64,000 nucleotides of DNA from positions 3,904,001-3,968,000 of the forward strand of contig CM000152.2 in NCBI GenBank assembly GCA_000004695.1, given 5' to 3'. Below, one piece after another: positions 43,766 to 59,841 of this stretch. The number at the start of each line of letters is the position of its first letter. Position 1 is the first letter of the stretch. A program made the position numbers and the translations under genes. The notes under the pieces were generated by a model. The model was given only the letters and a program-made list of their open reading frames with translations. It was not told the DNA's origin and searched no databases. Source of the stretch: Dictyostelium discoideum. Taxonomy: Eukaryota.

Positions 43766-43903
43766 TTAAAACATACCTCCTGGTGGTGACCAAACAGTTT
43801 TTGGGTATGGATATCTAAAGAAAAGTTTTTAGAAATATTAGTATCAAATATTATTATCAAAAGATCTATAAATTATATATATATACCTTGGTTGAGCTCC
43901 CAT
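43337..43903 (-). CDS. small single-pass membrane protein (91 aa), hypothetical; weak resemblance to small respiratory-chain accessory subunits. 3 exons: complement(join(43337..43557,43797..43834,43887..43903))
   Basis: Exon 1 is ATGGGAGCTCAACCAAG (17 nt) + GTATAT donor. Exon 2 (38 nt) is RYPYPKTVWSPPG + GTATGT donor. Exon 3 is GYWCVKPFNYNKNAKVALIGIAATLSIAFLIDMNVERRPLPPHPCASAVPMQYLNKHRDEDDPYFETKRNNRH. Phases 2/1 are consistent. Confidence 0.45.
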
Positions 43904-43965
43904 TATGTATATATTTCTGTGGATTGATTATAAAAATTGTGTAAATATGAAAAATAAAAAAAAAA

Positions 43966-43996
<31 letters not shown>

Positions 43997-44022
43997 TAAA
44001 AAAAAAAAATAGAAATTTGGAC

Positions 44023-44066
<44 letters not shown>

Positions 44067-44100
44067 CATATTTCTTTTCCCTGTTTATCTATTATTAATA

Positions 44101-44205
44101 ATGATGAATAGAGTAACTAAATTCACTACCATTTTAAACAATTCATATAAATTATCATTATCAAGGTGTAATTCAAATTATAAACTTTATTCAACAACAA
44201 ATTCA

Positions 44206-44245
<40 letters not shown>

Positions 44246-44457
44246 TTACTGATAGTGAAAATAATAATTTTAACAATACTACCACACTCAGCATTTCAAA
44301 TGAAAATGAAAGTTATGATCACTTTTTCCATAAAGAGAGTCCATTCAATAATAAAATTATAAATTTCAATGCTTATGATTTCGATAAAAAATTGTAAGTT
44401 ACTATTTTTAACTTTATTTTTTATTTTTTTTTTTTTCCTTAAATTTTCAATTGTAAT

Positions 44458-44489
<32 letters not shown>

Positions 44490-46782
44490 TAAATGTATTT
44501 TAGAAGATAAACTAAATGATTTTTTAAATTTAAAATATATTTTAAATAAAATTAAAATTTTATCATATTGTGAAGAATTTGGAGAGAAATATTATGCAAG
44601 TTCAGTTTATCAATCAATATTTATAGAATTAATTGAAAAGGATAAAATTAAAATTATTGAAAAAATTATTAAAAATTTATTTCAATTAGGTATTGGTAGA
44701 TATGATATTATGAATATTAAAGATAAATTATTTTGGGATAAAATTTTATCAAACATTATAGCAAATTTAATATTTTTTAATGAAAATGTTTTATCAACAA
44801 TTTCTATAAATAGTAATAGTAATAATAATAATAATACTATAAAAGAAAAATATAATAAAATAATTCAAATTTTTAAAGAATGTTTAAAAAATTCACCAAA
44901 TAAAGATTTAAATGAATTTGTAATATCAAAATTATTAACATTATATTTAAAAGGTTCATCATCATCAATAAATTCAGAAAAATTTTATTCAATGGCAATT
45001 AGATGGTCAATAGTTTCATTAAATTCATTAGAAATATCACCTTTAATAATTTATCACCATTTTTGGATATTTCATAAAAATTATAAAGTCGAATCAAATT
45101 TAATTAAAACTTCAAATTTCCAATATTGGGATACACTTTTACAAAGATATGAATTATTAACATTAGATCATCATGATAATTATGAATCCAATTTAAATTT
45201 CCAAATTGAAAAACAAAAAATTAAAAATAAAATTGAAAATGAATTCTTTCAAGAAAATAATAATAATTATAATAATAATCCAATTGAATTAATTAATCAA
45301 ATTAAAATTAATGTTAAAAATAATTTTATATCACAAATTTTTAATGAAAATAATAATAATAATAGTAATTATAATAATAATAATGAAGAAATTGATAAAT
45401 TAATTGAAAATAAAGAAATTGATAAATTAATTGAAAAATTTAGTAATGAACAATTTAAATTAATAGAAATTTCAAAAGGTGATTTTATAATTAAATTATC
45501 TGAATGTATTAGAAGAGAAGATCCAATTAAACATTGTAAATGGGTTATGGAATGTGTACCAAAAACAATGACACCACTATTGATTTATATGAATAGTTAT
45601 GAATTGGTAATGTATGATATTGAAAAAGGTATTGAAATTTTAATGGGTAAACAGGTTTCATCAAAAAAAGCATTATTTAAATATTCAGAAATTCATGATC
45701 CAAAATTTAAAATTTCAGTCACAATTGGTTTATTAAAAATTAATCAATTCAATTTGGCAAGTCAAGTTTTAAGTTCATTATTATCTGAATTATATTTTAG
45801 ACCAATAAAGAAACTATTATCAGAAAGAACCACCCCAACATCAACAAAATCAGATTACCATTTAAAATACTCTGAAATCATATCCATATTAAATCAAACT
45901 AAATATTTTAATTCCTTTTTTAATAAATTCATAATAAATTCAAATTATTATAATTATTCAAAAGAATTAAAATTATTACAAAATAGGAAATTTTGTAAAT
46001 TAAATGATTTTAATTTTAATTTTATTGTAAAAATTCAAGAAGCAATTAAAAATATTAATTCAAATAGTGTGGGTAGTGAAAAAGAAATTTCTATTAATGA
46101 ATTAGTACCATTACCAATTTTGAATTTAATATTGTCAAATAAGTTTAAATCTGTCGGGAAATCAATGGGTGCAAAATCATTTTATGAATCTATGATTGTA
46201 AAGGACGAAATTACATTGGATATCGGGTTGGAGATATTATCAAAACGTTATCCAATACCACCAATTGAAAATATTTACCATTGGGAGAGTATAAAGAATG
46301 ATTATATTAATTTGGGTATTCCAGTAGACCATTTTCATAATTCATTATTAAGAATTTTAAAAAAAAATAATAATTATGAAAATAATAATAATTTAAGTAT
46401 AATTAAAACTTTATATGAAAATAATGTATTCAAAATTTATAATTTATCACAAGATTCCTTATTAATTTTATTAGAATCTTATTTCGATCCTATTAATCCA
46501 AGCAAATCAACTAAAAGAGATAATGATATGGTTTTTCAAATATTTCAACAGTATAGGTCAACTGATAGCCTTAATAATTCATTAGTAAATTATTTAATTC
46601 AATTTAATAATATTATTGGAAATGATGAAATTTATCAATTTTTAAAGAAAATTAATAATTTTAAAATAATTAATGATGATAGACCAATTCCACAATATTC
46701 AAATTCTTTAAGTAAAAATACAATTTCATATCTTGAATTAATAATAAATGATGATATTATTATAAAAATAAATAATAATTAA
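44101..46782 (+). CDS. large helical-repeat hypothetical protein with mitochondrial-presequence-like N-terminus, 2 exons: join(44101..44393,44484..46782)
   Basis: N-terminus MMNRVTKFTTILNNSYKLSLSRCNSNYKLYSTT is basic/hydroxylated and non-acidic. GTAAGT donor at 44394. The only frame-compatible acceptor is A-run+AG at 44482-83 (90-nt intron), and it joins to the 690-aa ORF whose frame is open upstream of its first Met. An alternative start at 44017 lies inside a poly-T tract and is unlikely. Confidence 0.5.
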
Positions 46783-47370
46783 TTTTAAAAAAAAAAAAAA
46801 AAATTTCAAAAAAAAAAAAAAAAAAAAAATTTCAATTTCCCAACATAACACAAAATTGTGGTTGACAAAAAAAAAAAAAAACAAAAAAAAAATAATTATT
46901 ATAAAATTTTGATCTCTGTGTAGTTCAAAAAAAAAAAAACAAACAATGTTTTGAGTCGAGCTGGTCACGATTTGAAAATAAAAAAAAAATCAAAAAAATG
47001 TTTTTTTTTTTTAGTTTAAAAATAAAAAAATTTAATTTTTAAATTGCTTTCATTTTTTTATTTTTATTTTTTTTTTTTTTTTGTATTATTTATTTTTACT
47101 AATTAAATTTAATAAAAAAAATTAAAATAAATAAAAAAAAATAAAAAATAAAAAATAAATAAACTTTTTTTTTTTTTTTTTCATTTTTCATTTTTCATTC
47201 AAACACACACCTAACACACTACTCTCAAAAAAAAAGTAATAAATAAATAAATAATAAATTAATTAAATAAATAAATAAAATTTTATTCATATTTAATTAA
47301 ATTTTCTTTCTTAAAATAAATATAACCTCAATATGTTTTTTTTTTTTTTTTTTGATATTAAAAATAAAAA

Positions 47371-51510
<4,140 letters not shown>

Positions 51511-52013
51511 AATAATAATAAACCATATAAAAAACAAACAAACAAACAAATAAACAAACAAACAATTGATTGATTGATGATATACTCTAAATATCTTTAA
51601 CCAACTATATAATAAATCAAATGAAGAATAAAAAAAAGAGTAAATTTATATACATTTTGTATTATAAATTTCTAAAGCGTATAACATATATATATATTTT
51701 TTTTTAATTACATTTTTGTTTTATTTTTATTTTTTCCCTATAAAAAAAAAAAATAATAATATGTTAGTAAGGTTTTTGATTGAATCTATATTATATAAAT
51801 GATCAATCAGATATAAAAATATCTTACTTTTAGTTTTTTTTTTTTTTTTTTTTTAAACTATTTTGTTTAAATTCTTATTTTAAAAATTGGTTGTATATGT
51901 TTTTTGGTTGTGTGTGTAAGTGTTGTATGTATGTGTTTGTGTATTTGTTAAATTTTTTTTTTTTTTTTACTTTTCCCAAAACCTGTATATATTGAATATT
52001 TTGTTTGATAAAT

Positions 52014-52181
52014 TTAATGATGGTTGTTTTCACCATGTGTATCTTTTTTATTATCCATAATTGTTTCAATGATAACGTATGCTGTGAATAAACCAACTGC
52101 TGGTAAAAAACCTGGTAATACTGAGTTGAATCTTGGTTTGAAGATTGCTTTACTTCTCCATGCGTTAATATCTCCAAAAAT
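52014..52181 (-). CDS. terminal exon of a small membrane protein, DPM2-like (dolichol-phosphate mannosyltransferase subunit 2); first exon not located
   Basis: The frame is open from the acceptor aataatAG (52183-82) to a TAA: IFGDINAWRSKAIFKPRFNSVLPGFLPAVGLFTAYVIIETIMDNKKDTHGENNHH. This resembles the DPM2 second half ([34 protein letters not shown]). It has no internal Met and an in-frame TAG lies immediately upstream, so it must be a downstream exon. Confidence 0.3.
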   Translation of the reverse strand: MFGDINAWRSKAIFKPRFNSVLPGFLPAVGLFTAYVIIETIMDNKKDTHGENNHH

Positions 52182-52976
52182 CTATTATTACCAATACATT
52201 TACATAATAGATAAAAATTAGTATGTTTTAAGTGTTATGATTATGATTTAATAATAATAATAATCATAATAATAATAATTAAAATCAAAAGAAAAAAAAC
52301 AAACCATTTTTTTAAATTATGTAATGTGAGTGAAAAATAAAAAATAAAAAATAAAAAACTATGAAAAAAAAAAAAAAAAAAAAAAAAAATTGAAATATAT
52401 TTTCATTTTTTTTTTTTTTTTTTTTTTCTTTTTTTTTTTTTTCTTTTTTTTTTTAATCAAAAATTTAAACAATGATTTAATTTTATTTTTTAGAATATAA
52501 ATATAGAGTACTCAAAAATACACAAAATGATATAAAATATAAAAAAAAAAAAAAACAAAATTAAAAACTAAATGTTATTGGAAATAAATTTTATTTACCT
52601 GCTTAATCAATTTTAAAATAAAAATATAAAAATAAAAATAAAATAAGATTTTTCAAATCCACTTTAGATAATCTAAGGGTGAATAATCTAGATCTATTTT
52701 TTTACTTGCCAAAAATAAAAAATTGTCCCAAACCCAATTTTTTTTGAGCCAAACAAACCTCTTTTTTTTTAAAAATCTGGACTGGTAAAAATAAAAAATT
52801 ATCCCAAACCTTTTTTTTTGCATTTTTTTAAGTGATAAAAACACAAAACACTTCTTTTTTATTCACCAAACCTGAAACGATAATTTTTTTATTTAAATTT
52901 ATTTAAATTTATTTTTTTTGGTATTAAATTGTTTTTTTTTAATTCAGCATCAAGGATCCCAAAACTAATAAACCAG

Positions 52977-53024
<48 letters not shown>

Positions 53025-53130
53025 AAACCACAAATTAATTTATACAATATAAAATATAATATTATAAAATAAAATACACATAAATACAATATAATTATAT
53101 AATATAATATAATAATCTCAATCAATAAAA

Positions 53131-54162
53131 ATGTCAATTATTCCTTTCAGTCCACATAAAGATAGTTTTATTTATGATCATAATAAAAAAGATAAAAAAT
53201 TAAACTTAACTGATGAAGAACTCTCTGAAATAGATTTAGGAAAATTGAGTTTAGAAAATGAACAATTAAAGCAATTAGATAATTCTAATGAAGTTTTACG
53301 TGCCATTTTATGGAATTCAAAAGGAGAAACAAAATCAGGATATGCTGCCTTTAGAAAGTTATTATCTAAAATAATTACAAATGATGTTAATTTTGATCTT
53401 TTCATTACCCAAGAACCATTAAGTGTAGTTAATAAGAATTATATTGATAATTATTTTAATAATGGCTTTGATATAGTTTATCCAGTTAAAAGAAAAGCAA
53501 GAAAGGAAGTTGCAATAATATATAGAAAGGAAAAAATTCAAGTATTGAAAAACGAAAATCCATATTCTCTAATTGAAGAAAGCTTAATTAAGGATAAAAT
53601 TGAATATTCAAATTTCTTTGTCATGAATGGAAAAGGAAGAATTCAAATTACACAGTTTAAAACTCTTACTGAATCACCAACCAATATTTGTGTTTTCAAT
53701 ATTCATTCAGTTTATAGATTCAGTGATAAAGTAAAGGAAGATTTTATTTTAAATTTTTTTAAATTTGTAAAATGGTATATCAATAAAATTTTAAGTCCAA
53801 ATGAAGAGGAATTCAATTTACTTGTGGCTGGTGATTTCAATTATGATATTTATTTAAAAGAGTTTCCAGATTTAGTTTTAAACAAACTTGGATTAAAAAT
53901 TGTTATTCCTTCTCCACCAACTATTGACTCTTCTTATGATGAAAAAGAAATTGCTCCAACATATATAGATTATTTTTTAACAGTCTATGATGATAGAAAT
54001 GGTTTAAAAGTTTGTGATGTCAGTAAATTACCAATAAGATTTGATAACTATCAAGATGAATTTGAAGGAGCTGCAGATTTAAGACAAGATAAAGACCTAT
54101 TGTCCTCTAAAGTTTCAACTCATGATCCACAATATTGTTGTTTAAAAATTAAATCTAAATAG
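53131..54162 (+). CDS. endonuclease/exonuclease/phosphatase (EEP) family protein, 343 aa, single exon
   Basis: EEP catalytic signatures are present in order: ILWNSKG (N-terminal metal ligand), LLVAGDFNYD (GDFN motif) and SKVSTHDP (S-x-H-D-P). Confidence 0.6.
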   Translation: MSIIPFSPHKDSFIYDHNKKDKKLNLTDEELSEIDLGKLSLENEQLKQLDNSNEVLRAILWNSKGETKSGYAAFRKLLSKIITNDVNFDLFITQEPLSVVNKNYIDNYFNNGFDIVYPVKRKARKEVAIIYRKEKIQVLKNENPYSLIEESLIKDKIEYSNFFVMNGKGRIQITQFKTLTESPTNICVFNIHSVYRFSDKVKEDFILNFFKFVKWYINKILSPNEEEFNLLVAGDFNYDIYLKEFPDLVLNKLGLKIVIPSPPTIDSSYDEKEIAPTYIDYFLTVYDDRNGLKVCDVSKLPIRFDNYQDEFEGAADLRQDKDLLSSKVSTHDPQYCCLKIKSK

Positions 54163-54291
54163 AATCATTTTTTTAATACTCCAATTAATTTTTTAAAAAA
54201 AAAAAAAAAAAAAATTAAATTCAAAAAAACAATAAGTCGGTCCAAGTCCGAAATCAATATTGCACTTCAGTAAAATTAAAAAAAAAAAAAG

Positions 54292-54325
<34 letters not shown>

Positions 54326-54897
54326 TAAAAACTATCGTCTGGGATCATCACCACTCGCCCAGTCAAGCACCAATTTAAAATGTGGCCTAAAAAAAAAAAG
54401 TAAAAAAATAAAAAAATAAAAAAAAAAGTAAAAAATAAAAAAGTAAAAAAGTATTAAAAAAAAAAAAAAAGGGTATTAAAAAAAACAAAACAATTAAAAT
54501 ATTATTTAGGAAATATTCAATATAAAGAGAATGTTTTTATAAATTAATTTTAACTAATCAGTATAGAAATCCAAATATTTCCTGTGTAAGATTTGAATTT
54601 TTAAATCAATATTTCAAATAATTAATTTAAAAAAAAAAAAAAAATTTGATTTATACATCAAAAAAATTTGGTAAATGTTTAGTAATTTGAAGATATTGGT
54701 ATCATACTCAAAAATTTAAAATTTTTTATTTCGATTTTTTTAAAACATTTTCATTAAAATTCAATCCTGGTAAAAATATCTTAATTTATTTTTTTTAATT
54801 TTTTTTTAAAATATAGCCCATCTAATTTTTTTCTTTTTTTTTTTTTTAATTTTTATTTTTTATTATTATTTAAAATAGATTAAAAAAAAAAAAAAAA

Positions 54898-55659
54898 ATG
54901 AAGATATTATTTTCTTTAATATTAATTATAACAATAACAATTAATTATTGTAAATCAATGAATTTAGATACTAATAGAATTGATTATTCAAAGATTAATA
55001 AAGGTTTAAACCAACAACAATGTTTTACATCAAGCAGTCAATTTCCAACAGGTTACCAAAGTGAATTTATTGAGTTTAGTTTCAATGGTAATTTCCCACA
55101 AAATGATGGTAGTGGTGGTGTTCAACAATTATCATTTTTTGAAAAGGGTTTCATTGACATGGATTTTGTTGGAGAGCAATTGTTTGTAGAATATTACTTT
55201 GATGATGGTAATACTCAAAGTTTAGGTAAATTATGGGGTTTCTCAGGAAATAGTACTCAATATATTAGTGTTAATGTAAATGGTACAAATTATTGTATTG
55301 AACAACCATTAAAATTTACAGTTCCAACTTTTAATGGTTTAACCTATATTGGTGATTACGAAATTGGTAGTGTTCAATGTGACGTTTTCGAAGGTCAATC
55401 TGTAACTGGTAATTTCACTAAACAACTTGTCTTTGTTGATAAATCCGATTGCAGTTTCATTTCAAGTAATGGTGAAAACATTAATTCCCCACTTGGTTAC
55501 TCAATAATGAATTTATACAAATTCCAATCATCTGCTGACCCATCTTATTTCCAATTACCAAACAGTTGCCTCAATCCTCCATCAACTTTATTAAAAAACT
55601 CTCAAATTAAAAAATTAACTCAAGTATTACCAAAAATAATTGAATATTATCCATTTTAA
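54898..55659 (+). CDS. secreted hypothetical protein, 253 aa
   Basis: N-terminal signal peptide MKILFSLILIITITINYCKS, several N-x-S/T sites, no repeats, no TM segment. Confidence 0.6.
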   Translation: MKILFSLILIITITINYCKSMNLDTNRIDYSKINKGLNQQQCFTSSSQFPTGYQSEFIEFSFNGNFPQNDGSGGVQQLSFFEKGFIDMDFVGEQLFVEYYFDDGNTQSLGKLWGFSGNSTQYISVNVNGTNYCIEQPLKFTVPTFNGLTYIGDYEIGSVQCDVFEGQSVTGNFTKQLVFVDKSDCSFISSNGENINSPLGYSIMNLYKFQSSADPSYFQLPNSCLNPPSTLLKNSQIKKLTQVLPKIIEYYPF

Positions 55660-55818
55660 ATTATTATAAAATAAAATTTATTTATAAATAAATATTTCTT
55701 TTTTTTTTTTTTAAAAATCTAGAACAAATAGATTCTATATTTATTTTTTTTATTTTTTTTTTTTCAATTGGGTAATCAAATGTTTGGTTGAAATAATTTT
55801 ATAATATTTTATTTTTTA

Positions 55819-56318
55819 TTATAATAATGATTCCATAGTTGTTTTAGCATTTATTTCTCTAATATGTTTAACTTGTTTAAAAACCATTATAAATAATTGA
55901 ATTACCATTGTTGAAGCTAATAGAATGTATAAAACCATAATTGGAGTGATTTTACGTTCAACTTGTTTCTCTGGATGCTTATAATATTCTTCTTTATAAA
56001 ATGGATTTTCAGAATTAAATAAAATAGGTGATGCTGAATTTGATGATGGTTGAGAACCAGTAAAAACTTGACTTGGTTGAAAACCTTGAAAATGTTGATT
56101 AGATTGAATATTACCACCTCCCATTGGTATATGGTGATGAGGTGGTATTTGCTTATGAATAACTGGACGACCACCATTTACCAAATTATGATTATGAGGA
56201 GGATGAGGAAAAGGTTGAGGAGTATTACTATTTACTTTTGGTTTATTATTAATAAATGGATTTGGATCTTTTGTAGCTGGTGATGGTATATTATTTCTTA
56301 TATTTTTATTATCATTAA

Positions 56319-56385
<67 letters not shown>

Positions 56386-56946
56386 ATTGTTTTTGTTGAT
56401 ATTATTTACATGATTTGTTTGAACATGCCCTTGGGTATTATGACCACTATGTGGAGCAGCATTTGGACTATGATAATGTGGAGCACCATTGGGACCATGG
56501 TGATGTGGAGCGCCATTTGGACCATGATGATGTGGTGCACCATTGGGACCATGGTGATGTGGTACTCTTTGTTGAGTATGATGTGGTGGGGTTTTTATTA
56601 CATTTTGGGAATTTGGGAAATGTTGTTGTTGTTGTAGTAATTGCTGTTGTGGTTGCTGTTGTTGTTGAATTTTTTGTTGCTGTTGTTGTTGTTCTAATTG
56701 CTTTTGTTGTTGTTGTAATTGTTGTTGTTGTGGTTGTTGTTGTTGTTTTATTTGTTGGTTTGGTTGGTGTTGTTGTTGGTGTTGTTGGTGTTGTTGATGG
56801 TGATGGTGGTGGTGGTGAGGCTGTGTTTGTTGTTGTTTTTGTTTTTGTTGTTGTTGTGGTATTAACTTAGATGGGGTAGTATTTTGACATATAACAATTT
56901 TTAAAATAATAAAAATAATTAAAATAATAAATAATTTATTTTTCAT
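55819..56946 (-). CDS. type-I membrane protein with signal peptide, Gln/His/Pro-rich ectodomain and four HHHGPNGAP repeats, 375 aa
   Basis: Signal peptide MKNKLFIILIIFIILKIVICQ. Repeats PHHHGPNGAPHHHGPNGAPHHHGPNGAPHYHSPNAAP. C-terminal TM ITPIMVLYILLASTMVIQLFIMVF plus short basic tail. Confidence 0.6.
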
Positions 56947-57058
56947 TTTCTTTTTATTTATTTATACTCATAGTAACATAATAGATGATATAATATAAAA
57001 AAAAAAAATTTTAAAAATGTTATTACTTACATTTATTTTTTTTAAATATTATTTTTTT

Positions 57059-57097
<39 letters not shown>

Positions 57098-57173
57098 CTA
57101 CAACTTTTGTATTTTTATATTCTACAAATAATTCCCACACCCACTAACTATTATTATTATATTAATTTTTTTC

Positions 57174-57206
<33 letters not shown>

Positions 57207-58828
57207 TTTAAAAAAAAATAGAATCAAACAAATTAAAAAAAAAGGAAAAAGTAATAAAGGTTTTTTAAAAAATAATTGTTTATTTAATTAATAATTCGAA
57301 TTATTCCATTTATCAGTTTGAAGTAATTTTAAATTGGATTGGGGGAATTTTTTTTTTTTTTTATAAAATGAAATTTCATTTTTTAAATTGATATTGTTTA
57401 ATATTTTTTAAGAATTAAGAAACCATAAAGAACCTGAAGTTTAAAATTGAACACCACCTTTATTACCAAGTGGATTGTTATTTTGAATTTTAGATTTATT
57501 TTCAGAATTAATTTGAAGAGATTTTGAATTTATATTATTATTATTATTTAATGATGATGGTGATGATTTATTTATAATATTAATTAAAGAATTGAAAATC
57601 ATTTTTTTTATTTTAATTATTTTATTTATTTATATTTTAATGAAATTTTAAAATTTGTTTTTATTAATTAAATTTTAATTTTAATTTATTTAATTTAATT
57701 TTATTTTATTTGTTTGAATAATGAAATAAAAATAAAAAATCATGTTTGATTAAATACTTAATTTTTTAGAAATAAAAATCAATAAAATTAATAAAAATTA
57801 AAAATAAAAAATTGACAGGGTTGCAAATTAAAAAAAAAAATTAGTTAAAAAACGAAAATAAGTTTAAAACTATCTAATAATAGTATTGATGTTATTTTTA
57901 TATCCAAAAAATGAAGATAAAGTGAAATCAAATCAAATTCTATTGTTTTTTTTTAGAACAATTATTGTACAAATATAATCAATTTTTTACACATTGTCCA
58001 ATTTTATAAAAAAATAATTTAAATTGATTTTATTGAACAACCCCACCACAAAAAAATAAAAAAATAAAAAAATAATTAAATTATTAATTAAATAATTAAA
58101 TAATTTAATAAATATATAAATGATAAAAAAAATGGTGAATTTTTTGTGGTGAACTTAACACCATTAAAAATTGATTATTAAAGTTTGTATGATAATATTA
58201 CTTTTCATATTATTGTTATTTTCAGTTTAATTTTAAACTCCTTTAAATCGATCGAATAATATCAATAAAGATGAGATGATCTCACTACAAAAACCTGATT
58301 CCATGGGTTTCTTAATAATATGCAATGCCAGAAAAAAATAAATCTATTTTTACAATTATTATTGAGATTAAAAATTTATTAAAAATAATAAATAAATCAC
58401 CAGCTAGTAAAAGAAACAAAAAGGAATTGTTATCAATAATTTTGTTATTATTAATTTCCTATTTAAATAATGATTAAAAAAAATAGAAAAATGCAAAAAA
58501 AAAAAAAAAAATAAAATAAAATAAAATAAAATAAAATAAACCTCATATGTAATAATATTAATTAAAAATTAATTAAAAAAAAAACTTTATATGATTCAAA
58601 AAACTTAATCATATAAGTAAAAAATAATTAATTTATTTCTATTTATTCAACATTTTTCTATTTTCATTATTACTTTAATAGAAATTAAGGTGTAAACAAA
58701 TTTATTAATTTTTGAAAAAGAAAAAAAGAAAAAAAAAGATTTTCAATTCTCGTTACTCAATTGTGAAAAAAAAAAAAAAAAAAAAACAAAAAAACAAAAA
58801 AACAAAAAAACAAAAATCTAAAAAATAT

Positions 58829-58836
58829 TCCCATAA
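58829..58836 (+). promoter_or_regulatory. DUSE-like element TCCCATAA (Dictyostelium upstream sequence element consensus [AT]CCCA[CT]AA)
   Basis: Exact match to the consensus, ~60 bp upstream of a GC-richer ORF-less island. Confidence 0.3.
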
Positions 58837-58894
58837 AAAAAAAAATCAAACTTCTCATATTTATGTAAACGCTGAATTATTTTTATAATTAACA

Positions 58895-59040
58895 CAATCC
58901 GTATTCGAAGGCTCTACTTGTTTAGCCATAAGAGTTAGAGTTCAAAATTCAACGGTAAACAGATTAATGCCTGTATCGCCAAATTAGGATTCATCCACAG
59001 TTAAACTGTGGTAATGTTTAATTATAGGATTACATCATTT
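58895..59040 (+). ncRNA. candidate small ncRNA gene (class unknown) downstream of the DUSE-like element
   Basis: A GC-richer segment of ~140 nt with no ORF sits inside a 2.7-kb AT desert. It has a perfect hairpin CCACAG-TTAAA-CTGTGG (58995-59011), an ACA triplet 3 nt before a T/A-rich stretch, and no tRNA cloverleaf or B-box. Confidence 0.25.
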
Positions 59041-59531
59041 AAATTTTAAAAAAAAAATATAAAAAAATAATTTAAAAAGAAAAAAGTTTTATTTTTGGGT
59101 TAATTTCCATTTTGAAATTTAATTAATAATAAGAACTTGCATAAATAAATTTTTCCAAATTTATTAATAAAAAATTAATATTAAATAGTTATATTATAAT
59201 AAAAATATTTAAATAATTAATATTTTAATAATAAATAAAAATTAATTATTTATTTATTACTATTATAATATAACTTTTTAATATTAATTTTTTATTGGTA
59301 AAAATAGTGGTATTTTTTTTTTTATTATTAATAATAAAACAACTGTTTTTAAATTTTATTTATTTTGGTAAAAAAAAATTAAAACTAAAATGATTGGAAT
59401 ATATTTGGTAATGAAAATTTTAAAAAAATATATAGATTGAATTAATTCTACACAAACTTATTTATTTGGTAATTAAAATTTTTTTTTTTTTTTTTTTATT
59501 TTTTTTTTTTTTTTTTTTTTTGGCGTGAGTT

Positions 59532-59567
<36 letters not shown>

Positions 59568-59632
59568 TTTTTTTATTATTATTTATTATTTTTATTTGTT
59601 TTTTATTTTATTTATTTTTTGTTTGTTTAAAA

Positions 59633-59774
59633 ATGGAAGAAGAACAAAACTTAGCATTTAGTATTCAACCTATTGGAAAATTAGATGTTGATGGTATAAG
59701 ATTAGTTTTAAATCATACAGAGATATCAACTGATTATTCTGATAATGAAAATACCACAACATCACCTCAATACT

Positions 59775-59841
<67 letters not shown>

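Noticed and set aside
44017-44100. Upstream Met ([11 protein letters not shown]...) extending the helical-repeat gene ORF
   Set aside because: It lies in a poly-T tract typical of a 5' UTR or promoter. The ATGATG at 44101 opens a plausible mitochondrial-type presequence and is preferred.
52024-52221. + strand 65-aa ORF overlapping the DPM2-like exon
   Set aside because: It is antisense to a better-supported minus-strand reading with family resemblance and an exact AG boundary.
57441-57602. 54-codon minus-strand ORF MIFNSLINIINKSSPSSLNNNNNINSKSLQINSENKSKIQNNNPLGNKGGVQF
   Set aside because: It is low-complexity and has no recognisable domain or splice context. It is retained only as a remote possibility of a small secreted peptide.
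58901-58975. tRNA-like appearance (GGCTCTA...GAGTTCAAAATTCAAC)
   Set aside because: The B-box-like string is too close to the 5' end, no D or anticodon arm can be drawn, and there is no 3' acceptor complement. It is not a tRNA and is treated instead as part of a candidate ncRNA.
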